Origin: Reclinomonas americana ATCC 50394
Taxonomy: Eukaryota
DNA length: 64,000 nt
Direction: 5' to 3'
Assembly: GCA_048213135.1 (NCBI GenBank)
Contig: PS015023.1
Span: 112,314 to 176,313, forward strand
The notes beneath the pieces were generated by a model. That model was not told where the DNA came from and made no database searches. It worked only from the letters and a program-made list of their open reading frames with translations. A program made the position numbers and the translations under genes. Positions within the stretch are counted from its first letter, which is position 1. The number at the start of each line of letters is the position of its first letter. Shown piece after piece: positions 37,183-51,095 of this stretch.

Positions 37183-40100
37183 ATGAAGACGCAGAACCTT
37201 CTGTGAAACGAGCAAAGAGTGGTGTTGCGTAATCACATGCACACGCGTCTCTCTTCTCTCCCCCCCTCTCCCCCCCCTCAATCACACACACGTGCGCACA
37301 CAGCAACTGGATCTGCGACAGTGGTTGTGCAGCACACCGCCAGCCGCGCGCACCGCCACCAAGAGTCAAGAGTCATGTGCGTCTCGAGAGCACCTCTGCC
37401 ACATGTGTGTCACACTGGACGACTCACATTATCAATCAGTGGAGAAGCGCAGGCGATCGGCGGATCTCTGCGACGTGCTTGATCGCTCGATGGGCTCCCC
37501 GCAGCAGACGCCGTCACCGACCACAGCGAGGGTGTCGGCGCCGTTGTTATCGCCCATTTCTGCCACCTCGCCGCCACCGCAACCACCACCTCCTCCTCCG
37601 CCTCCGCCTCCACCAGCGCCACCAGCGCCACCAGCAGAACTTGCTGAAACGGTCACCGCGCCAATCGTCGACGAGTTTGCTGACTTGGACGCCGATGATG
37701 ACATGGGTGGTGATGAGTGGAGTGCTGTGGTGTCGCGGCTGTCGTTGCGTCGCACCCCGTCTAGTGATAGCGCAGCTCTGCGTCGCACGGATTCGGTGCA
37801 ATCGCACGCACCGTCGCCACTGCCGCGCTTCGTGTTGCGCTGTCGACTGGAGCGTGCCAGTGAACGACAACGGCCCGACGACTCGTGCCTGCATGAGCTG
37901 GTGCTGGTACTGACCGATGTCAGCTGCGGCGAGCAGGTGTGCGTGTTGGCGCGCGACGAGTGGACCGATTTGCGACTGGCCACCGGCCAGTTTGTCAACG
38001 TCGTGGTGACACACCCACCGGTCGGTGTTCCTGCGCCCTGTCTTGTTCCTTCTGTACCTACCTCACAAAGCTTGTTGAGCCGGCACAGGCACCCTCCGAG
38101 CCGCTGACATTTTGTATCAGTCATCGCGGCCTCGAGCATGCACTGCACGACTGCGTGGATCGGTTCCCGGTGCGCTACTGTGTCGTGGACCGCTCGCAAA
38201 ACCTGCTCGTGACGAATCCCGACCTGCTGCTCTCTGGATCGCGTGTTGCCGAGATGCAGCGATGCGCTCGCAAGGCCGTGTTGCAAGAATTTGTGTCGGT
38301 TTGTACTCGCTTACGCCGAGTGCTTGCATTGTTATCTGACGCCGCGATGGGTGTGTGTATTTGCACAGTTGTCGACGGGCCCACCAACTGAGCCGCTGTT
38401 GTTTGGCGTGTTGTTGCACAAGGTGTTTCAAAAGGCGCTGAGGAGTGACGACTTTTCGACTGATGCTCTTCGCGCGGCGGCCGAGTGCGCCGTGGCCGAG
38501 GCCACCGATTCGCTCATGTTGTGTGGCTTGTCGGTGGCGCAAGCGATGGAACGCATCAGCGACACGTTTCCCGCCATCCAGCACTGGCATCGCGACCATG
38601 TCCAGTCGTCGAGCTCGGTGAGTTGACAGTGATGGAGAGTGGTTGTGTTTTGCTCACTCACTCATCATGGAATTGTGCGTTAGGTGCTGGGTGTTGGCGG
38701 CATGCGACAGCGTTCTGCCGTCCGCATCGTCGACGTGGTCGACATTGAGGAGAATTTGTGGTCGCCGACGTATGGCTTGAAAGGTGCGCGAGAAGCCTGC
38801 GTGCTCCTCACTGTTGTTCTCTGTGTGTATTGATACCTTGTGCACTGACGACAGGCAAGGTCGACGTGTCGGTGCATCTGGAGGTGGACAGCGTGCGTCG
38901 CTCGTCGGCTGTCCCCCTCGAGATCAAGACCGGTCGGTGTCGCGACGAAGCAGGCAGTGCCGATCATCGTGCACAGGTGCTCCTGTATACGCTGTTGCTG
39001 ACGGATCGATACGGTGAGGAAAGGAAAGAGATCGAGGTGTGTGTTCTGCAGTCGCTGATCGGCTGCTGCAGATTCGACGGTGGACGACGGCGTCTTGTAC
39101 TATCTGAAAACTGGCCAAACTGTTCGTCCTTGTTTTCCTCCAGTTCTTATCGCCTCACACTCATAATGTCGCAATGCAGGTGGGAGTGCATGCCAAGTGG
39201 GACGAAATTCGCTCGCTGGTACAGTTGCGCAACTCGCTGGCGTCATACCTGGTGACGATGAACTCGCGACAACTGGCACCCCCGGCTCAGTCGTCGCGCA
39301 TTTGCGACTATTGCGATTACCGATCCGTGTGTGTCGCGTATCACAAGGTGCTTTCACCAAAGTAGGCGCATCGCCGCGAGTGTTATTGCACTCACTCTTA
39401 CCGCAGGCGTTCTCCGCGGACCCGTCGCCAGCGTCGGCCGGTGGCCTGGAGCGCTCCTTTGCTGCCATCACCGAGCACCTGAAACCCGCGCATATCGCCT
39501 ACTTGCGGCACTGGACGCAGTTGATCGATCTCGAGTCGGAGGAGACCATGCCGTATCGCAGCGAAATATGGACGCTGTCGTCGGAGGAGCGCGAGAAGCT
39601 TGGAAGGCACGTTGTCCTGACAAGGTAGCGGCTTGGTGGCAGTTGCTCACGTGTGTGTGTGTGTGTGTGTGCTCGAACAGGTGCATCGGCGAGCTGGTGT
39701 TGGAGGAGGTGCAGTTCATGCCGAGTTGGCAAGACGACCTGCAGCTGCACACGTTTCGCAAGATGGCGGTCTCTGGCGAAGGTAACTACTTGACACAAGC
39801 ATGCAATCACTGTGGCACGTGAAGATCGATGACACGTTCGGTGCAGGCAGCGGGCAGTCTGCGGATTTGCGCCACAAGCAGATTCGTGTCAACGAGTATG
39901 TGGTGGTCAGCATCGAGCACGGGGCATACGCAGTGGCCACGGGCTACATTGCCGAGTTGCATGCCGATTCAGTTGTTGTGGCATTGGATCGTGACTTGCG
40001 GGTTTGTATTTGTGCAAACGATGATGTGGCGTCACACCCTGCTTCTCGTTGCTCATGCACCGCATGTCGCTCAGAAATCGGCTGTGCGCATGCCCGGTGG

Positions 40101-42659
40101 TGGCGATGCGGTGCGGTTGCGGTGGCGAGTTGATATGTCAGAGAGCACGCTGCAGGGGCAGAACAGCCGAGTTTCGTATCCATGCATGTGTGTGTATGCT
40201 TGTTTTCCTCACTACTGCTTACGTTTCCGCGTGCAGGGTTGTGTGGTCGACCTGTTGATGGACGAACGCACACAGCGGTTGCGCGAATTGATTGTTGAAC
40301 TGCGACAGCCAGTGTTTTCGGCCACCGACGCCGAGAAACTGGCGTCCAGCATGGTGGCACAACTTACCAGCTCAGCCTCGTCAGTCTCGCCGCGCAAATC
40401 GCCGTCCAAGGCCTCTCAGTACATTCTGTCGCCAACCAGGCCCACGGTGCTTGAGTGCCGTGTTTTCCGGCAAATTGCTGTCGCACTGACTTACATGCTC
40501 ACAAACATTGCAGCAACACCACCGACTGCAAGTCGAGTCGGCACGACTGCAGCGCAGTCTGTCCAAGCTGTTCGACTGGGATCAGTTGAATGCCGGGCAA
40601 CGTTCTGCCGTCATGAAGGTGCTGACGGCCAAGGATTATTCTCTCATTGTCGGGCTTCCTGGCACCGGCAAGACCACCACCGTGGCGTGGATTGTGCGGG
40701 CGCTGGTGGCCATGGGCAAGAGCGTGCTGCTGACGGCGCACACGCACACGGCAGTCGACAACATTTTGCTGAAGTTGTCACAGTACGATGTTGATTTTTT
40801 GCGTCTTGGTCGCGTCGGCGCCGTCCACGACTTGATCCGCCCATACACTGTGAGTGAATGCACAGCCGACATGACACTCGAGGAGATGAAAGGTGCGTTG
40901 GAGGACGAAAGGAGTTCGGGTGAGGAGAGGAGGACGTCATGGTTGACTGGTGCTGCTCACTGTCGTGAGTGCAGCCGAGTTGGACCGGAAGCGTGTGTGG
41001 GCGACAACGTCGCTCGGCGTGAATCACGCATTGCTGTCGAATCGCCGCTTCGATTACTGTATTGTAGACGAGGCGTCGCAAGTGACGCAGCCAGTGTGCC
41101 TCGGGCCGCTGCGCTTGGCGTCCACGTTTGTGCTGGTCGGCGATCACCTGCAGGTTGCTGTGGGAGCCGTGCTTCTCTTGTGTGACGCAGCGATACCTAC
41201 CTCACATGCCTGTCGGCCGTGCAGTTGCCGCCACTGGTGCGCAGCACCAGGGCACGTGCGGAGGGCATGGAGGAGAGCTTGTTTGAGCGGTTGTGTCGAG
41301 CCCACGACCGAACAGCCGCTGTGTACTTGACCGAGCAGTATCGCATGAACAGCGAAATCATGTCGCTGTCGAACATGCTGGTATACGAGGGTCGCATGCG
41401 ATGCGGCGATACATTAGTTGAACAGGTGATGCGGTTGTGTTGCTGCGAACGGATGTTCTTTGTGTGTATATTCACCGTATTGTGTGTGCAGTCGCGATTG
41501 CACGTGCCTCGGTGGAGCGAAATCGCCACCTCACCACCGCCAGCAGTGGTAGATGCTGCTGCCGCTGCTGCAGTGGGAGGCGGCCTATTTCCATCGTGGA
41601 TGCTTGATGTTCTCGATCCAAAGTACGCAAGCACCAGAATATATTTCTGTGTAAGGGTGTGGCGAGAGGTGATTCACTTTTGCGCGCAGTTTGCCGGTGT
41701 TGATGGTGTCCACGGATCGGATAGCCGGCGCACATGAGCAGCGTGGTGGAGGCGTGCGACGTGCAGACGCACGATCAACGACCACTTCGGAAGTCGTCAA
41801 CAATCCCGTCGAGTGTGAGCTTGTGCGCCAGGTGCGGTCGACCGTCAGTGATGAAGCAGAAGAAGGAGATGGGAGAAAGAAGAGCAGTTGCTCACCAGCA
41901 TCCCCTGCTTCCAGGTGATTGAGGTCCTCTTGTATGCCGGCGTAGCGCCAACAGATATCGGTGTGATATCTCCGTACCACGCGCAGCTGCGCTTGTTGCG
42001 TTCGTCGCTGAAGCATCACCGAGTTGCGTTCGCTGTCGAGATTGCTTGCGGATAAGCAAAGTGAGTGTTTCAAAGGGCGAGCGAGACACAGGGTATCGAG
42101 GTGTTCACCGTGGACAAGTTCCAGGGCCGTGACAAGCGCTGCGTGGTCATGTCGTTTGTGCGCAGCAATCCCGACGGAAAAGTGCGTAACCGCGTGCATC
42201 ATCATCTCCCGATCGGCGTCGTCATGAGCCTCTCACACACACGCGTGTCGTGTGCAGGTGGGCAAGTTGTTGAAGGACTCGCGTCGCTTGAACGTGGCCT
42301 TTTCACGAGCCATGCACAAGTTTATCGCCGTGGGATCGCTGGCGACCTTTGCGCAAGTGTCGCCCATGTCCGAGTTTGTGAACCACTGTCGTGCACAGTC
42401 GTGGGTGCGCACGCACGCAGAAGATGGTTGATTTGTGTGCTAGTGGTCGTGAGCGTAGTTGATTCATGCATTCATTGCACAGATCTACGAGCTGCCTGCC
42501 GACGCCGCTGCTGCTTTGCAACATTGGCCTCCACCCCCATCTATTCTTGGCTCGCTCGATTTCTCGCCACCCGTCGATGTCGGCGGCGACGATGATGCAG
42601 ACGAGGAGGAGGATGAGGATGAGGATGAGGAGGAACAAGGCATCAAGGCCATGCCATGA
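36985..42659 (+). CDS. DNA2: DNA2 helicase/nuclease
   Basis: [48 protein letters not shown], Fe-S Cys ([10 protein letters not shown]), [39 protein letters not shown] and RLNVAFSRA. Confidence 0.96.
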
Positions 42660-42704
42660 ATAACAAACGGAAAATGAGTGATAACACTACAATAATAAGT
42701 CTAG

Positions 42705-45700
42705 CTAGTATCCCGGCCGAGCGGAACCGCGTCCCCCGCCCTTCTGGCCACCGTAGCCAGCCTGACGCGGAAGTGCTGCTGCTGCTGTTGCTGCTGCTGA
42801 AGCCGCCACTGAAGGCTTAGCGGCCAGTGGGGTCACGGCAAGCGAAGTGACGCCACGCTCCTCCTTCATCTCGTCCTCGCGACGCTCAAAGTAGTCCCAG
42901 TCGTTCATCAGAGAGCGACCGGCACGCGCAGTGTGGAAGATTCGCAGCACCTGACAGCCCTCCTCGTGGAACACTTCCTGTGTGTCACGCGAGTTCGTCA
43001 CCGGCTTGTTTTCGTTGTTGCGCAGAATAATGTGGCGGAGTTCGTTGTTGAGCACATCCTTGACAAAGATCCACGTGCAGTCAAAGCGTCCCTTCCACTT
43101 GGCCTCCTGCCAGCAGTCCAGCTGCGCGTCAAAGTCGACACGTGACTTCATCTGCGCCATGCCGCAGAAGCGTCCACTGCAGCCCAAACATCATGAGTGC
43201 GACGGACAGCAAAATAAAAAAGGCAACACACACCTTCCATTCACGCTAAAGAAGAGGAATACGGGAGCGCCGCGTGCCTCCATAAATGCGCGATCCAACC
43301 GGCGATTTCCACCCTCAGTACTGGCCCACACTCCGTACTGCCACACACACGCGTGAGCTCGACGTGGAGAAAGAGGGGGAGAGAAACACACAAGGGGCAG
43401 TGAAAACACCTTGATGGACTTGTGCACATCGTCGGCGCTGTACGACTTGATGATGAAGAAGCGAGCGGGGGCCGGTGAGGTGTCGTACACTTTCGGGTTG
43501 ATGCGCGCCATGATCTGCGGCAATGTGGACACCGTCTGTACAAAATACAGATGTGAGGAGAGTTGCTGTCACGGGGAAAAAACGAGGCCACAGATGCAAC
43601 CACACGCACAGTTGGCGACACCATGACTGGCTCCGCTGGCACCTTGCGGCGGACACCTGCGTCGGCGACTTCGCTCTCCGGTGCGGGCACAACTGCCGAT
43701 GGAAGAGAAGGCGGTGGCGGCGGTGGCGGAGTAGAAAGAGTCGCCGATGCAGTGGCAACGGTCGTCAAGTGTGCAGAGTCGGTGGACGACGATGATGCTG
43801 AGGACGCGAGTGACGAGGAAGCAGAGAGAGCCTTGACCAGGAAGCGCTCATCAATGCCCCCGAGACTCTGTGCGCCAGCCGCCTTGCCAGGCACCGCAGG
43901 CACAATCTCCTCAGCCGATTCGGGGTCCACGATCGGCAGTCGACGGCGAGCGGGAGCTGCCGCACACACACACACACACAACACACAATGGTGAGCAACA
44001 AGACAACAGACGGAATCCAAAAGACACTGCAAGGACGACGATGAGTGGCCCACCAGCTACGGAGGGAGGTGGTGTCGCTGATGTGACAGCGGCAGGAACA
44101 GCGCCGCGACCACGGCCCCACGCTCCAGCGTTGCCCCAAGCTCTCGGCGGCGGAACAGACTTGGGAGAGAACTCTGGTGCGCCAATGGCACTCTGCAGGG
44201 ATGAGGACGACAACAACGGCGCATCACTGTTCTTCGCGCCAGCAGCAGCAGCAGCAGCCGTGACCGGTGATGACGCGCCAGCAGCGACAGTGAAGGAGTC
44301 TTGCGCAAGTGCAGTGCGCGAAGCAATTGACGGCGGGCTGGCAACACCACCACCACCACCAAGTGAGAGTGTCGATATCGCCGTTTCCACCGCCGCAGTG
44401 TTCAACAAAGTCTTGCTGGCGTTAACAGCAACAGTAGCAGGCGGTTGGTGCGCGGAAGTTCCTGTGGCACCAAATGGTGCAGCGACCGCAGCACCCGGCG
44501 TCGGGGAAGAAGATCCCATGTCCTTTCTAACAGCTCCGTTCCCTCCAGAACCAGTAGTTCCCAGCAGTGGCGGTGCGACTGCAGCTGCCACCGGTGCTGA
44601 CACTGCCTGTGCAGATGACGCAGCAGTGCGCGGAGCAGCAAATGTCCCAGCAGGGATCGGCACTCCAAGCATCAAGTCCGTGTTCGGTGTGGTAAACATG
44701 GGGAGCACTGACTCACGCTGCGCGGGGGTTGCCGCCGCTGCAGCCATGGCTGCCGCAATGGCACTCTTGGGTTTGACTGGAGTGCCGCCGGTGGAGCTGC
44801 CAGCGGACCCACCACCACCACCACCACCAGCACCAGTGGAAGGAGTTGCGCTCTTGGGCGAACCAGTAACAGCGGAAGCAAACGCCGCACGCATGTCAAC
44901 ATCCGACTTGCGAGACGGTGACGGCGGTGTGGGTGCGAGGAACAGTGCCGGTTGCTGCTGCGGCTGCTGTGGACACGGAAGAGCAATGAGAAACTGATCA
45001 CAGAGGGATGACGGGAGACATTCAAAGAGCAGAGCACTCACCGGAGGTGGCTGTTGACCGTTCGCGCCCGTTGCCGCGGCAGTGGAGGTGAACGCCGACT
45101 GCGATAGACAGCATGTGATGGTGAGCACACGATGGGCGGAGGATCGCAGAGTGAGGCGAGAGAACGGAACACGCACCCCGAAAAACGCGGCGTACGAATC
45201 CTGTCAAGTCGTTGTCAGATCAATAGTTCTCGCAGGCAATCAATGCAGACAAGCACATACCTGCGACTGCTGTGACTGCTGTGTCTGCTGCGCCTGCTGA
45301 GGAGACGGCGAGCTGAGAGCATCAACATGCCACGAGTTGATAATGTCATCCACCGTGTCACTGTCCATCAGCGGATTCGACTGCGGCTGCGCTGACTGCT
45401 GCGCTGGTTGCGCGGGACGCGGAGAGACGCCAAACTGCAAGCTTCGCAGTCAGTCTCGACAACCAAACCATGGAGAGGAAGAAGAAGAAGAAGACTTGTG
45501 TCACACCGGTGCCGCTACTCCTCTTCCCGCTGCTGCTGCTGCTGCTCCTCGACCACTGCCTACACTGACTCCACCTCCACCACCGTTACCACCACCGTTG
45601 CCACCAATGGCACCCGTCAATGCGGAAAAACCGCCTGCGCCACCTGTCAAAGGCGACCCAGACGACGACGTCTCCATTGGCGAGGGTTGCGCCGGAGGTT

Positions 45701-45986
45701 GCGGCATCCGGACTCCCACCAGCAGCGGCTGCTGATGCGGACGGAACAGAGGCGGGTGCATCACGTACGGAACCCCTCCCACACCCATGATAACAGTAGT
45801 GCCGCTACCGTCACCCCGACCAACACCACCAGCACCAGCACCAGCAGGCGCAAAGCTCGCTGGGAACTGCGGCTGAGGCGGCTGCTGATGCGGAAGCAGC
45901 AACGGAAGCGGCAAGTAGCCACTTCCCGGAGCACCGCCACCGCCACCCGAGTGCTGAGCGGCGTTAAACAACGGAGGTCCACTCAT
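42705..45986 (-). CDS. YTH-domain m6A reader with a long P/Q/A/S-rich N-terminus
   Basis: [55 protein letters not shown]...[24 protein letters not shown], a YTHDF/ECT/Pho92-type domain. The start codon is uncertain. Confidence 0.93.
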
Positions 45987-46379
45987 TGTGATGCGCGCGA
46001 CTCCCAAAAGTGGGCGAAATGTTCAACTCGCACACGCACACACAAACAAACACCCCCCCACACTCTCGCACGTTTTCCTGCGGGGCTCTCGCTGCACTGT
46101 GACGGCGGGGAAGGACCACCTGCTGCAGCTGTGGATGCTCTGCAACGTGTGCTTTGCGTGTGATCAAAGTGCGAGTTGATTGGTTGAGCCGATTGTGAAA
46201 AATATTGCGACTGTGTTTTCGTGCGGTGTGCAGGCGTGTGCGTGTGTCGTGTGTGATAGGTAGAGAGGGAGAGAGTGGGAGGAGTGTGTTTAAGAAGAGA
46301 GAGTGGGAGATTGCTGCGTCTTGAAACAGAGGTCGATCGTTTTGGAAGTAACGACGAACGTTGTGTGTGTTGAGAGAAC

Positions 46380-48880
46380 ATGTTGAGTCCGCATAGCAGA
46401 ACGTCTGCGGCGAGTTCGACAATGGGGGTGGTGGCGTCGGGAACTCCGCGGTCGTGGCGAGCGGAGCAGAATGCGACTTTGCGTGCGCGTGTGCAGGCCA
46501 AACGCGATGGGGTGCGGGCGGCGGAGGAGGACACGGCAGAGGGTACGTGGTGTGAAAGAGAGAGGAGAGTGGGGAGAGAGCAGGGAGAGAAGGGGGAGAG
46601 AAGGGGAAAGAGTGAGTAAAGTGAGAAGAGAAAGTGTGAGTGTGTGTGAGAGAGAGAGACAGAGGAGTGTATGTGTGTGTGAGTGTGTGTGTGTGTGCGT
46701 GTGTGTGAGAGAGAGACAGAGAGAGAGCAGATCTGAAGCTGCATGTGATCGGAGTATAGCAGTTTTTGTCTTCTCTCTTTTCTCTCTCTCTCTCTCTCAT
46801 TCCGCCCACAGAGGTGGCCGCCTTTGAGCACTCACTCGGCCTTCGATTGCACTTGCCGGGCACTCGCACCCGCGCGACGGTGGCTGGCCAGCGCGATCAG
46901 GAGCACCTGGAGAGCAAGGTATTGTGCTCGTGCTGTATGGCTGTGTTTCTCCGTGCTCGCTGACTCGGCGGGGTTTGACAAGGTGACTGGTGTGCGTGTG
47001 GTTCGCTCGCCGCCGGCTGTGCCGTCGCCGCTGCCGTTCCACTCGTATGAGCGGCGACTGACCAAGGCGGAGCCGCTGGAGAGTCTGCCAATGTCGCCAC
47101 CGGCATCGCAGCGGCCGCGCTCGGCCAGCCGACGCAGCGCACCGCCGTCTTCTGCGGCCGCGGTGGACGAGAACGAGCTGACGCAGTTGCTGACGTTTCG
47201 TCGGGAGTCGAACCTGCCGTGGTACTCGAGTCGCGGTGCGAGCGACCGTGATGCCATGGCGGCGAACGAGGGACTGGTATTGTCGCCGGTGACGTCGGCC
47301 AGGAGGGAGCCGCATTCGACCAGCAATAACTTGGGCACCGGCATCACTCCGCGCTCGGTGCGCTTCGAGGAGCCAACGGGCCACCAGTCGCCCGAGGTGC
47401 CGCGCTTGATTCTGGATTCGACACGTTTCCGCTTGCCGCCGAAAAACTATGGTGCGTCGGCAGAGATGATGGCGAGACAGAATGCGTCGTCATGCTAACT
47501 GGTGGGAGGGAGAGATGGGGGTGGTGATGTCTGCTGTCGGTGGTGTGTCCTTCCTTTCTTTTGTTCCTGTCTGCTCACTCTACTGCACAGATAAATCGGT
47601 GAGGTCGAATGGATCGTCGTCTGCAGGCCAGTCGCCACAACCGACCACACTGCGGGAGAGACGGTTGGCTCGCTCCAACAGTCTCGGAAATGGCGACTCG
47701 TCGCGGACACTGGCCTCGAGCCAGTCAGTTGTGTTGCGATGCTTTCTCGCCTCCTTGTTTGTACGTTGCCTTAACAGCATGTGTCATGGTTGTAGACGTG
47801 GAACTACTCGCACCGAAAGACCGATGTGGCGCACGTGTCGCTGCACAGCGAATCGCAGCTGTCGGATCCACACCCACCGAACCATGTCGTGTTTAAGCGA
47901 GCGGCCACAAGTCGCACGTTGCTGGAGCCGGTCTACATTGGCGCACGAGACGAGGTGTGTCGTCAGGTCCTTCTTATTGTTGTTGGTGTTGTTGCTGGTG
48001 CTGGTGCTGACGATCGAGGTGATTAGGACGTGCAAGCACCACCCGTTGTCAAGCACGACAAGGACTTTGTGCCATTGCGGCACAGGGATCCACTCTTTGT
48101 GCTGGAAGACGAGGAGACGAAGCGAAAGGATGCCGAGGCTGCTGAGCGCATTCGTCAGGCTGAGCGCAATGATCGGGAGGTGGCCGGTGCGCAGCGCCGT
48201 GTGGCGGTCGTGTCGCGTGTGCAGGAGGCGGTGCACAAGCTGAGAAGTTGCGTGTCGCGTTCTCTGGAGAGCGCCCCGAGCGCGGGCTGATTAACGTGCG
48301 GAAAACAGGGCAATCCGACGGTGCATTCCGCGACGCCTTGCTTCGACAGGAACCCTTTGCATTGCGCAAGCTGGACGAACTGCGGCAAAAGAAGGAGTCG
48401 CAGGATGAGTACGAAGCAGCGCTGCGGACGGGTCGCATCTCACCACCACCTCCACCACCTCCGCCTCCCATGCCACCATCCCGGTCGGGGTCGCGGACCA
48501 AACTTGCCAATAGTTGTGGTGGTCGTGGTGGCGAAAACGGGTGGGACTCCGCAGCCACATCGGCTTCGTCCGCGTCCGCCTCGTCGCGCGGTTCGCGTTT
48601 CCGGTCAACATCGTATGCTGCGTACGCAGTTCCGGGGTCGCCGGCCCACCAGCCGGTTCAGGTGTCGAGTTTGGTGCGGTACACGTCCACGCTTCAAAAG
48701 GAGACGGCTCGGCGGAAAGCCGCTCTCGCCCCCACACTATCGAGGGAGGAGAAGGAGGAGGTACGTTCGTGCGCTGCGGTGCGTGCGTTGTCGCTGACTG
48801 ACCGCGTGCACGGCACACAGATTGCGAACAGTATGGACGACATGACGAATTTCGAGTTGCGCATCAATGGGTTTTTGTGA
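46380..48880 (+). CDS. Hypothetical low-complexity/coiled-coil protein
   Basis: Phase-consistent exons from ATG 46380 or 46422 to ...FELRINGFL*. No family recognised. Confidence 0.55.
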
Positions 48881-49082
48881 GGGGTGACGGTGAATATGGA
48901 GTGTATTTTTTTGTGCTGTTGAGGTTGACGGTCAGTGGGAAGCGTGATCGATTTGGAACAGTATTTCGCGGTGCATCTATCGGTGTGACGTGGGGAATCG
49001 AAGCGTGGGTCGACTTGTAGATGTATTCAGTTTTTTCGGCACGCCAGCATGTTGACAGATGGCGGTGTAAGTTGAAATCGCA

Positions 49083-51095
49083 TTACGCTGTAAACAGTGC
49101 GTGCTGAGCTGTCGCGGCCACGTGGTCCACGGCCGGCATCTCGACGCATTTCTTCGCCACCGGCGCTGTGGTTTCTGCAGTGTCACCGAGTGTGACTGAA
49201 CCGGTGTCGACGACGCAGATGGTTGCGGTGTCTGGTGCTGGTTCCGTCTCTGCTTCAATCTCAGCCACCGGTGACAGCTCGTGATCCAACGGCAGAATCG
49301 TCGACAGGCGCCACACGTTGACGCGAGACCGCAACCGGGGTCGCCGTAGGAATTTGCGGATGGCATTGTTGAGGAAAAAGGGCAGCTCGACAGGCGCTGC
49401 AACCTCCGACGGAACTCCGCCACTGGCGCCCGCCTTCTTCTGTTCGTCCTCTCCTTGCTTGCCTTCCTCTTCGGCGCCCTTCTCCTCGTCAACGTCCTCC
49501 TCATTTTCCGTGTCCTCTGACTCCTGGTCACGTTGCCGCGAACCAGAACCGCCAGTGCCAGAGCCAGTTCGCCGAGAAGCTGGCGTGCCTCCACTACTAC
49601 TGTTCGCTGTTGAAATCCTGTGTGCGAATGCTCGAGCCTGCTCCGCCCACTGTTGTACACGAGTACATTAGTAATCAATATTGTGACGAGAGACGACAGA
49701 AAAACTGCAGCAATCGCTTACCTCAGCTTCCGTAAGACCATCTCGTTCTTCCTCCTCCATCGCTGCCTGAAGACCTTCAAGCACATCAGTGGGTGCCGCA
49801 CACAGATTAGCGTGATTCAGCAGCAAGCGCATGTGCGGAAGCGACCAGCGCTGGAAAGTTGCAGCCTCCTTATTGAACACAAAGCGGACGGCTCTGTTGC
49901 GTTCGCTGGTGATGTCAGTTGATAATAGCCTGCCGTCGGCCTAACATTGGAGTGAGGAGATATTGGATTGTGAACATCCGGCAGCATAAAACTGCACACG
50001 TAGACAGTACATACCGTGATATAAAGCGTTTGTTTGCTGAATTCAGTATGCTCAGCTTTCGTAAGCAACAGAGTGTTCCGTGGGCAGTTGACGACGTGTA
50101 CCAAGTTCTCGTGGGCAAACATGCAGCAGCGCGCTCTCAGTGTGTATTGTCGGCATTGCTAAAAGAAAGAACTCGCGACTGTCAGCCTATTAAATTAACG
50201 TACAATCAATTGCAGAATGGACTCTGTGACTCACCTGCACGTCGCACATGTGAGCCAGATCCCAGCCGGTCGCCTTTTCAACGCGGCGCAGTCCTCTGCG
50301 CACAGCCAGATCCATGGTGATGCGTTTCAGTCGCTGCAATCGTACGTTCACAAACACAATTGAGCAACGACTGCCGGTGCAATATGCAATGACCACCACT
50401 TATTCGTAAACCGTCTGGGCTGAGCGCATCTGTTCCGCGCATCTGGTTCGAGTTTCCTCGATCTCCTCCGCGCACCTGGCTCGAGTTTCCTCGATCTCCT
50501 CCGCACACCCGGTTCGAGTTTCCGCGACCGCCTCCGCGTGGCCCTGCTTGAGTTTCGAAACCTTACCCTTCTGGCGCTGCTTGAGTTCCGCAAGCTCGCT
50601 CTCTCGGCGTTGATGGAGTTCAGCAACCACCTCCGCATGGCGTTGATGCAGGCCTGCAACCTCCTCCGCATGGCGTTGATGCAGGCCCGCAACCTCCTCC
50701 GCATGGCGTTGATGCAGGCCCGCAACCTCCTCCGCACGGCGTTGATGCAGGCCCGAAACCTCCTCCGCATGGTGTTGACTAAGTTGCACGGCCTCTTTTC
50801 GGCACTGCTGGATCTCCTCCTCCAATTTCGCCACTTGCTGCTTGAGATGGTTCAAATACTCCGCGAGATATCCGTCGGTCGAGCTTTGTTGCACGACCGA
50901 CCGCGGATTCTCGTCCAGCGCATGCTGCTGATCACGATCACGAGGAGGAGCGCGACTGACACCGCGAGGCGGCGCCGGTACAGACGACTCGGCCGATGCA
51001 GCCGATGTTGCGCGTGACGCCGCTGGTGTTGTTGACGAGGCTACAGGCGCTGCTGATCGAGAACCAGATCCAGAGCCCCAGTCCCTGCGCCACAT
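49083..51095 (-). CDS. Coiled-coil repeat protein with a degenerate HNH-endonuclease-like domain
   Basis: Four introns join the 11-aa repeats to WDLAHMCD..VVNCPRNTLLLTKAEHTEFSKQTLYI..LPHMRLLLNHANLC, followed by an acidic tail. Confidence 0.62.
50445..50775 (-). repeat. Coding 33-bp tandem repeats (HAEEVAGLHQR about 5x; CAEEIEETR.R about 3x)
   Basis: The unit aacctcctccgcatggcgttgatgcaggcccgc repeats in frame. Confidence 0.92.

Noticed and set aside
50600-50775. 33-bp direct repeats as a CRISPR array
   Set aside because: There are no spacers; the units are contiguous, in frame and coding in a eukaryotic gene.
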